NCBI GenBank assembly: GCA_934155185.1
Contig: CAKPGT010000003.1
Coordinates: forward strand, 30,970 to 94,969
Length of the DNA: 64,000 nucleotides
Source: an uncultured Bacilli bacterium
Lineage (GTDB): Bacteria > Bacillota_I > Bacilli_A > RF39 > UBA660
Direction of reading: 5' to 3'
Below are positions 57,127-64,000 of this stretch, piece by piece (position 1 is the first letter of the stretch; the number at the start of each line of letters is the position of its first letter). A model generated the notes under the pieces. It had not been told where the DNA came from. It was given only the letters and a program-made list of their open reading frames with translations, and did no database searches. Position numbers and translations under genes: made by a program.

Positions 57127-57997
57127 AATTATTTACTTCTAACTTTATTGAATTAATATTATCCATCATTATATTTATATAGTTTTTCTTATCTTTTCTT
57201 TCACTAGCTCTAAGAGTAGATAGTGAATTTAAACTAACAGTTTGAATTTTATATTTTTCTTTTAAATTAGCAATTGTTTTATTAGGTTCTTCGTTATCCT
57301 TTAAAAATATATATTTTACAGACTTACTTGAAAGAATCTTATTAACATCAGAAAGAAGTTTATCTGTTAAGTTTTCATTTTCTTCAAGGGATATAACAGT
57401 AAAACCATATTTTTCTAAATACTTAAATGTATCACTACTAACTATTAAAGTTTTCTTAGAAGAATTATTAGCTACTGCTTTTAATTCAGCATCTATTTCA
57501 GAAATATCTAGCTTTAGTTTATCATAATTTTCTTCAATTTCTTTTAAATCAATATGTTCACTAACGTATTCTTGTAGTCCTTTTTTAATATTAGATGCCA
57601 TCATTAAGTAGTTAGAAGGATTAAGCCATGTCTCTGCAATATCATTTGTATAATCCATTCCAAGAGATGCATCAATTATTTTAATCCGTTTATTTTTATT
57701 TAGTAATTTAACAGCATAGTCTTTTTCTTTTTTTATAATACCACTATATACGTATAAATCTCCTTTACTATAATCAGATAACTGTTTACTAGACAGATTA
57801 TAGTTTTTATAATCGTTACCATCTGGGTATATACTATATATAGCAGTTTTATTACCATATAAATTATCTAGTATATACTCAACAGGATATACACTAGTAT
57901 ATGCTGTCATAGTGCTTTTATCTTCTTCATAGGAACATCCACTTAAAGTTAAAAGACAGGTAAGAAGTCCTACTATAATTATTAGTTTATTTCTCAT
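57125..57997 (-). CDS. metal (Zn/Mn-type) ABC transporter substrate-binding lipoprotein, ZnuA/TroA-like
   Basis: Lipobox LTLSGC after [21 protein letters not shown] and TWLNPSN motifs of cluster A-I SBPs. No partner ATPase or permease is adjacent. Confidence 0.7.
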   Translation of the reverse strand: MRNKLIIIVGLLTCLLTLSGCSYEEDKSTMTAYTSVYPVEYILDNLYGNKTAIYSIYPDGNDYKNYNLSSKQLSDYSKGDLYVYSGIIKKEKDYAVKLLNKNKRIKIIDASLGMDYTNDIAETWLNPSNYLMMASNIKKGLQEYVSEHIDLKEIEENYDKLKLDISEIDAELKAVANNSSKKTLIVSSDTFKYLEKYGFTVISLEENENLTDKLLSDVNKILSSKSVKYIFLKDNEEPNKTIANLKEKYKIQTVSLNSLSTLRASERKDKKNYINIMMDNINSIKLEVNN

Positions 57998-58220
57998 TTT
58001 TATTCTCCTTTTTAGGTACAGGATCATATCCAAAACTTCCAAGTGGCCTGCATTTTAGTATCCTTTTTATAGATAAAAATCCACCTTTAAAAACACCATA
58101 TGTATCAATAGCTTCATAAGCATAATTAGAACATGTTGGTATATGTTTACAATACCCGTGAAAATTTCCAGGAATTTTCTGATATAACTTAATTGTACCT
58201 AATAATATATTTTTTATCAT
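57987..58220 (-). CDS. yidD: membrane protein insertion efficiency factor YidD
   Basis: LIKLYQK-type N-terminus, C-x-x-x-P-T-C-S-x-Y ([15 protein letters not shown]) and [13 protein letters not shown]. Confidence 0.9.
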   Translation of the reverse strand: MIKNILLGTIKLYQKIPGNFHGYCKHIPTCSNYAYEAIDTYGVFKGGFLSIKRILKCRPLGSFGYDPVPKKENKNEK

Positions 58221-58371
58221 AAATACATTCTAGCATTTTTTTAATATTTCTACAAGCCCTAGCTGTATATGCAAAAGAGCATTATAAATTAAAATTTTGA
58301 AAAACGTATATAAATTTATATGATTTTATAGTATAATTTTGGTATAAAAAATTAATGATAGGGGGAAGGAT

Positions 58372-59399
58372 ATGAATAGTAAATTAATTAGTAATGATAA
58401 AGAATTTAATTATGTTTTTGATAATATTAAGGATTTAATAATAAATAGTAGAAATAAGGTATACCAAGCTGTTAATACAGAAATGCTTAATCTATATTGG
58501 AATATAGGAAAAATAATAATGGAAATACAGCAGGGTGATGAAAGAGCAAGTTATGGAGATGCTGTACTTGATAGATTATCTCAAAAATTAACTGATGAAT
58601 TTGGCAAGGGATTTTCTTCAAGAAATTTAAGAACTATGAGAAAATTCTATTTGATGTATCCAATTTGGAAGACAGTGTCTTCCAAATTAAGTTGGTCACA
58701 TTATTTAGAGCTTATTAAAATAGATGAAGAACCTAAAAGAAAGTTTTATTTAAATGAATGTATAAATTCAAGATGGAGTGTTAGAGAACTGCAAAGACAA
58801 AGAACATCTTTACTTTATGAAAGATTAACTATGTCAGCTGATAAAGAAAAAGTACTTGAATTATCTGAAAAAGGGCAAGTTTTAAATACGAGTAAAGACT
58901 TAGTAAAAGATCCTTTCGTTTTAGAATTTCTGGATATAAAAGAAAATACAAATTATCTTGAAAGTGACTTAGAAAAAACTTATTAGAACATTTAAAAGAA
59001 TTTTTGCTTGAACTTGGAAAAGGGTTTAGTTTTATTGGAAGTCAAGTTAGAATTACATTAGGAGGAGAGCATTTTTATCCAGATTTAGTTTTCTATAATA
59101 GACTATCAAAATGCTTTGTTATAATTGATTTAAAGATTGGCAAAGTTACGCACCAAGATATTGGTCAAATGCAAATGTATGTTAATTACTATGATAGAGA
59201 AATTAAAAGTGAAGATGAAAATAAAACAATAGGAATACTACTATCAACTAATAAAAGTGAAACAATTGTAAAATATACTTTACCGCTTGATAATAATACA
59301 ATATTCTCATCAGAATATAAGTTACATATGCCAACAGAGCAAGAATTAATTAGTGTTGTTGAAGAAGAAAAGAAAAATTTTGAATTGAATGAAGGATAA
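58372..59399 (+). pseudogene. DUF1016 / YhcG-like PD-(D/E)XK nuclease, paralogue 3, frameshifted in an A6 tract
   Basis: Two ORFs (58372..58986 and 59004..59399) together reconstruct the family. Adding one A to the A6 run at 58973..58978 restores ...DLEKNLLEHLKEFLLELGKGFSFIG. Confidence 0.8.
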
Positions 59400-59501
59400 T
59401 AAAATCAATTTAAATTTGTGTGCAATAAACTATACTTTACGTAAAGTGTAGTTTTTTTTGATATTATTTTTATATAATTATATGGACTAATATTTATTAA
59501 T

Positions 59502-59547
59502 GTGGTAGTATAATGGTAGCTAGTGGAATATAGTGGTAGATTGTGGG
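59502..59547 (+). promoter_or_regulatory. array of five (G/A)TGG direct repeats at 10-11-bp spacing: candidate MraZ operator
   Basis: GTGG at 59502, ATGG at 59513, GTGG at 59523, 59533 and 59543, immediately upstream of mraZ ATG 59556. Confidence 0.55.
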
Positions 59548-59555
59548 GGATAAAT

Positions 59556-59990
59556 ATGTTCATGGGAGAGTATCATCATAACATAGATGATAAGTCAAGA
59601 ATAGTATTACCATCCAAGTTAAGAGAAGAACTTGGTATGCGTTTTGTTGTAACCCGTGGATTAGAAGGCTGTCTATTCGTGTATTCATCTGATGAATGGA
59701 ATAGGCTTGTTGATAAATTAAAAAAACTTCCATTTACCAAGAAAGATGCTAGAGCTTTTCTTAGATTCTTCTTATCTGGTGCAACAGAATGCACATTTGA
59801 TAAGCAAGGAAGAATAGCATTACCAGTTCCACTTGTTAATTACGCTAAACTAAAAAAAGAGTGCGTAATTATTGGAGTGAATGACAGGCTAGAGATATGG
59901 GCAGAGGATTCATTTAATGAGTTCTTTAGTGAAAATGAGGAAAATATATCAGATTTGGCTGAGGACTTATTTGATAATATGGAGGACTAA
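59556..59990 (+). CDS. mraZ: transcriptional regulator MraZ
   Basis: MFMGEYHHNIDDKSRIVLPSK and a second DKQGRIALP SpoVT-AbrB repeat. The ORF-track start 59523 lies within the repeat array; ATG 59556 follows SD GGGGGA. Confidence 0.95.
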   Translation: MFMGEYHHNIDDKSRIVLPSKLREELGMRFVVTRGLEGCLFVYSSDEWNRLVDKLKKLPFTKKDARAFLRFFLSGATECTFDKQGRIALPVPLVNYAKLKKECVIIGVNDRLEIWAEDSFNEFFSENEENISDLAEDLFDNMED

Positions 59991-60917
59991 ATGAAACATA
60001 TAAGCGTTTTATTAAATGAAACTATCGATGCTCTTAATATCAAAGAAGATGGCGTATATGTTGATTGTACGTTAGGCTATGCTGGTCATTCTAGTGCAAT
60101 CTTAAGAAGATTAAAAAAGGGAAAACTATTTGCTTTTGATCAAGATGATGAGGCAAGAAAATTTAGTGAAAACGCACTTAGCAAAATCAGTAATAACTTT
60201 ACTATTATTCCTTCAAATTTTGTTAATTTGAAAGATGAATTAATAAAAAGAGGCATTACTGAAGTAGACGGTATTACATTTGACTTAGGCGTTTCTAGCC
60301 CACAGTTAGATGATAGTTCAAGGGGGTTTAGTTTTCACGAAGATGCTTTGCTAGATATGAGAATGGATAAAGGTGCTAATTTAAGTGCTTATGATGTAGT
60401 TAACACATATTCTTACGAAGACTTAGTTAGAATAATAAAAAACTATGGTGAAGAAAAATATGCAAAGCAAATAGCAAGAAAAATTGAAAGTAAAAGAAGT
60501 ATAAAACCTATTAGGACAACTTTAGAATTAGTTGATGTTATATCAGAAGCTGTACCCGCTAAATATAAAAAATTAACTCATCCAGCAAGAAGAACATTTC
60601 AAGCTATTAGAATAGAAGTTAACAAAGAGCTTTCCATACTTCCTAAGGCTTTAAATGATGCTATAGATATGTTAAAAGAAGGCGGAGTAATCGCAGTAAT
60701 TACATTTCACTCGCTAGAAGATAGAATATGTAAAAACATATTTAAAGAGCGTTCATACGAAGATGAATTAACAAAGGGAATGCCTGGTATATCAGATAAA
60801 TATAAACCAGAACTTAAAGTTCTAAAAAAAATAAAACCATCTAAAGAAGAAGTAGAAAAAAATAAAAGGAGTAGGAGTGCAACACTTAGAGTAGCAATTA
60901 AGCAAAGGAGAAAATAA
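59991..60917 (+). CDS. rsmH: 16S rRNA (cytosine(1402)-N4)-methyltransferase
   Basis: HISVLLNE, DCTLGYAGHS, FDLGVSSPQLD and SLEDRI motifs. Confidence 0.95.
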   Translation: MKHISVLLNETIDALNIKEDGVYVDCTLGYAGHSSAILRRLKKGKLFAFDQDDEARKFSENALSKISNNFTIIPSNFVNLKDELIKRGITEVDGITFDLGVSSPQLDDSSRGFSFHEDALLDMRMDKGANLSAYDVVNTYSYEDLVRIIKNYGEEKYAKQIARKIESKRSIKPIRTTLELVDVISEAVPAKYKKLTHPARRTFQAIRIEVNKELSILPKALNDAIDMLKEGGVIAVITFHSLEDRICKNIFKERSYEDELTKGMPGISDKYKPELKVLKKIKPSKEEVEKNKRSRSATLRVAIKQRRK

Positions 60918-60918
60918 C

Positions 60919-61206
60919 ATGGCAAGTAAAAAGAAACGTAAAACTAAGTTTGAAAAAACTATGATATCACTTACATTAAGCACTATTTTTTGTGTATTTA
61001 TATCTGTACTCTTTTTTAAAGTTCAACTATCTTCTGTTAACATAGAAGTTGAAAGGCTAAAGAAAAGTGTTTCAAAAGAAGAGAAAATAAATGAAAGTTT
61101 AACTATGAAAGTAAATGAACTTGTTTCTTTAGAAAATATGCAACTTGTTGCAGCAAATAACGGATTGGAGTATAATAACAATAATATAATTGTAATTAAA
61201 AAATAA
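60919..61206 (+). CDS. ftsL: cell division protein FtsL
   Basis: 95-aa bitopic protein (basic N-terminus, one TM helix, coiled coil) in the canonical position after rsmH. Confidence 0.7.
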   Translation: MASKKKRKTKFEKTMISLTLSTIFCVFISVLFFKVQLSSVNIEVERLKKSVSKEEKINESLTMKVNELVSLENMQLVAANNGLEYNNNNIIVIKK

Positions 61207-61218
61207 GGGTGATTATTT

Positions 61219-63339
61219 ATGAAAAGGGAAGTATTAATTAAAAACAGGAACTTAACAGCAAAAGTTTTTACATTGATATTTTTCCTTATTCTTTTTTTAT
61301 TTGTTATAAGACTTGGGTATTTATGCCTTACTGGAAAGGTTGATGGCATTGACTTAAAGAGTTTTGCAAATAAAAGAAATACTAAAAAGGAAACACTTTT
61401 GGCGTCTAGAGGAAATATATATGATGCTAATTCTGAAGTTTTAGCACAAACAATAAATTCTTATACCATTATAGCGTATTTAGATGAATCAAGAAGTGAG
61501 GGTTCAAAAAAACCTATGCATGTAGTAAATAAAGAACTTACTGCAGAAAAATTATCAACCGTTCTTAACATGTCAAAAGAAAAAATACTAGAAAGATTAA
61601 ATAAAAAAGCATACCAAGTTGAATTTGGATCTGCTGGTAAGGGACTTACAGAACTTCAAAAAGAAGCTATAGAAAATTTAGAATTATCTGGTATAGACTT
61701 TATTACAACTCATAAAAGATATTATCCTAATAATACTTTTTTATCATATATAATTGGTTATACAACTGATGATGATACTACAATGAAAGGTGAAATGGGT
61801 ATAGAAAAGTCTTATAATGATGTAATGACTGGTGTTAATGGTTTTGTTGAATATCAAAAGGATTTAAATGGTTATAAATTTCCAAATGCTAATGAAATTA
61901 GAAAAGAAAAAGTAGATGGTAATGACGTTTATTTAACAATAGATTCAAATGTTCAAATGTCACTTGAAACCATAACAGCTAAGGCTTCTTCTGAATCTGA
62001 TTCTGATTGGATGATAGCAGTTGTTGCTGATGCTAAAACTGGAAAAATATTAGGTTCTGCAACATCACCAACTTTTAATCCAAATACTAAAGAAATTAGT
62101 AATTATTTAAATCCACTTGTTTCTTATACATATGAACCAGGTTCTGTTATGAAAACTTATAGTTATATGGCTGCTATGGAAAATAATCCAACTTGGGATG
62201 TATCAAATACAACCTGTTTTACTGCACCATATACGATAGGTGATGATGTAGTAAGCGACTGGAATAAAACTGGTTGGGGAGAAATTAGTTATAGGAAAGG
62301 TTATACTTTATCATCAAATACATGTGTTGCAAATATGATAAAAAATTACCTAACGAAAGATAAACTAATGGATTTTTATAAAAAAATAGGCTTTGGTTCT
62401 AAAACAGGAATAGATTTGCCAAATGAATATTCAGGAAAAGTTAAGTTTAAGTATGATGTAGAAGTTGTTAATGCAGGATTTGGTCAAGGTATTACAACAA
62501 CACCTATACAGCAGGTAAGGGCGTTAACAGCAATTGCTAATAATGGAGTTATTCTAAAACCTTATATAGTATCTAAAACAGTTAATTCATCTACTAGTGA
62601 AGTTACCTATGAAGGAAAAGTTAAAGAAGAAGGAAGAGTTGCATCGGCTGAAACAGTAAATAAGATAAAAGATCTTATGTATGGGGTAGTTAATGGAGAC
62701 TCATCTGAAACAACGGGTAGTGCTTATAGGATGGATGGATATGATTTAATTGGTAAAACAGGTACTGCACAAATCGCTAATCCAAAAACTGGAAAATATT
62801 ATACAGGAAGCCATGATTATATTACTTCCTTTGCAGGAATGTATCCTAAGGATAATCCTGAAGTTATAATATATGTTGCTATGCAAAGAAGTAAAAACTC
62901 AAAGGTATTACCAGAAACAGTTAAGACAATTGTTAAAGATACTGCAAAGTATTTAGGAATATTTGAAAAAGCTCCTGAGCTTAATAGTGAAATATCAACA
63001 TATAAACTTGGTAATTATAAAAATAAGGAAACTGAGGAAGTAAAAAATGAACTTAACAGTAAATCAGCTACATATGTTGTATTTGGAAATGGTACTAGAG
63101 TAATAGATCAATTTCCATCAAAAGATACAAAAATGAATACTAAAGATAAAGTATTTATATTTACTAATGATGAAGTTATAACTATGCCAGATTTGACGGG
63201 ATACTCTGTTAAAAATGCTTTTGTAGTTTTAACTAAGTTAGGAATTAAGCATGAATGTTTATCTAATGGATATGTTAGTAGTCAAAGTATATCACCAGGT
63301 ACTGTTATAACTAATGATATGACAGCTACGTTAAATTAA
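61219..63339 (+). CDS. class B penicillin-binding protein (PBP2B/SpoVD/FtsI type) with C-terminal PASTA domain
   Basis: N-terminal TM helix, dimerisation domain, and transpeptidase motifs SVMK, SSN and KTGTA. PASTA-like tail (MPDLTGYSVKNAFVVLTKLG). Confidence 0.9.
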   Translation: MKREVLIKNRNLTAKVFTLIFFLILFLFVIRLGYLCLTGKVDGIDLKSFANKRNTKKETLLASRGNIYDANSEVLAQTINSYTIIAYLDESRSEGSKKPMHVVNKELTAEKLSTVLNMSKEKILERLNKKAYQVEFGSAGKGLTELQKEAIENLELSGIDFITTHKRYYPNNTFLSYIIGYTTDDDTTMKGEMGIEKSYNDVMTGVNGFVEYQKDLNGYKFPNANEIRKEKVDGNDVYLTIDSNVQMSLETITAKASSESDSDWMIAVVADAKTGKILGSATSPTFNPNTKEISNYLNPLVSYTYEPGSVMKTYSYMAAMENNPTWDVSNTTCFTAPYTIGDDVVSDWNKTGWGEISYRKGYTLSSNTCVANMIKNYLTKDKLMDFYKKIGFGSKTGIDLPNEYSGKVKFKYDVEVVNAGFGQGITTTPIQQVRALTAIANNGVILKPYIVSKTVNSSTSEVTYEGKVKEEGRVASAETVNKIKDLMYGVVNGDSSETTGSAYRMDGYDLIGKTGTAQIANPKTGKYYTGSHDYITSFAGMYPKDNPEVIIYVAMQRSKNSKVLPETVKTIVKDTAKYLGIFEKAPELNSEISTYKLGNYKNKETEEVKNELNSKSATYVVFGNGTRVIDQFPSKDTKMNTKDKVFIFTNDEVITMPDLTGYSVKNAFVVLTKLGIKHECLSNGYVSSQSISPGTVITNDMTATLN

Positions 63340-63340
63340 A

Positions 63341-63370
63341 AGAAGTAAGAATTTTGTTCATCTTACTTCT
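63341..63370. terminator. bidirectional terminator between the PBP gene and convergent rnhC
   Basis: AGAAGTAAGA / TCTTACTTCT 10-bp stem with a 10-nt loop, flanked by A/T runs. Confidence 0.7.
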
Positions 63371-63371
63371 T

Positions 63372-64000
63372 TTAATTTAATATTTTTTCTGTATTTTTAA
63401 AATTTAATTTAGCAACTTTCCTAAGAATATCTCTGCCATGCTTTTTAACTATTTCTTTACCAAATTCATCTACTTTTATCCCAGCACCTTTAGGAATAGT
63501 ACTACCTAATACTTTAGATATCTTTTCCATTTCTTTTATAAATACATATCTACTAATTAGCGAGCCACAAGCAACAGATAGACATTTGTCCTCTGCCTTA
63601 GTAGTAAAATCTATTTTTCTAAATACATTACTAGATTCTTTTAAATATCCAAAATAATTTCTTGGGTAGCAAAACTGGTCAACAACAACTTTATCAACAA
63701 TATAATTATCTTTTTTCATTAAATTAAGTAGTGCTTTATTATGGAGAATTGCTTTTACTTTATTCATATTATATGAAGGGTTGCTGTTATATTCTTCATT
63801 ACTATATATTATTGTTTCGTAAGGTATTTTCTTTATTATTTTAGGTACTATTTTTAATATTTTATCATCTGTTAATTTTTTTGAATCTCTAACACCTAGT
63901 TCTTCTAAAAAAGGAATATTTTCTTTAGATACATATGATGCAGTAACAACTATCGGTCCAAAATAATCGCCAGTACCAACTTCGTCAGAACCTATAGAAT
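63372..64000 (-). CDS. rnhC: ribonuclease HIII, 5' end outside window
   Basis: Frame is open to the window edge. GSDEVGTGDYFGPIVV catalytic motif near 63990, KAEDKCLSVACGSLISRY, and a C-terminal AKLNFKNT. Confidence 0.8.
   Translation of the reverse strand, partial: SIGSDEVGTGDYFGPIVVTASYVSKENIPFLEELGVRDSKKLTDDKILKIVPKIIKKIPYETIIYSNEEYNSNPSYNMNKVKAILHNKALLNLMKKDNYIVDKVVVDQFCYPRNYFGYLKESSNVFRKIDFTTKAEDKCLSVACGSLISRYVFIKEMEKISKVLGSTIPKGAGIKVDEFGKEIVKKHGRDILRKVAKLNFKNTEKILN

Noticed and set aside
2479-59555. N-terminal extensions given in the ORF track for ffh, the Dam-type methyltransferase, recX, the VanY-like gene, PFOR, murF, pflA, proS, esxA, essC, the SBP lipoprotein and mraZ.
   Set aside because: In each case the upstream GTG/TTG/ATG lies inside or before the SD sequence. 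A downstream start placed 5-10 nt after the SD reproduces the family-typical N-terminus, so the shorter coordinates were used.
1-64000. CRISPR arrays, rRNA genes, riboswitches and intact IS elements.
   Set aside because: Reading the intergenic regions showed no regularly spaced direct repeats with unique spacers, no rRNA-like sequence, no recognisable riboswitch cores and no intact transposase ORF.

Overview
Visibly AT-rich chromosomal segment from an anaerobic, endospore-forming low-GC Bacillota (Clostridia-like) genome. Supporting genes: cotD-like, cotJB/cotJC, YjcZ-like peptides, a SpoVD/PBP2B-class PBP, PFOR and pflAB. The backbone is housekeeping: ftsY-ylxM-ffh, rpoZ, recX, prsA, PFOR, a RumA-type methyltransferase, tRNA-Gly(UCC), proS, murF, pflA/pflB, trmL, yidD, mraZ-rsmH-ftsL-PBP and rnhC. 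Accessory DNA is interspersed. (1) 43.2-56.6 kb holds a T7SSb-like secretion locus: YukD/EsaB, two WXG100 proteins, three more WxG-like helical proteins, DUF4176, a 1030-aa putative effector, a candidate immunity gene and EssC. It is preceded by an orphan HerA/DUF87 ATPase, and I cannot see EssB, EsaA or EssA. (2) 28.5-30.8 kb is a pentapeptide-repeat/radical-SAM fusion gene bracketed by identical 25-bp repeats that carry a perfect palindromic terminator. (3) 19.7-26.2 kb is a decayed island next to tRNA-Gly, with several pseudogenes, a KilA-N/hydrolase fusion and a 54-bp direct repeat. (4) There are three DUF1016 PD-(D/E)XK nuclease paralogues plus one fragment; one splits pflA from pflB and one is frameshifted in an A-tract upstream of mraZ. 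(5) An orphan Dam-type methyltransferase and an HTH-CYTH fusion follow ffh. No CRISPR array, rRNA or intact transposase was seen. All functional calls come from motif reading of the supplied translations; no database search was possible.
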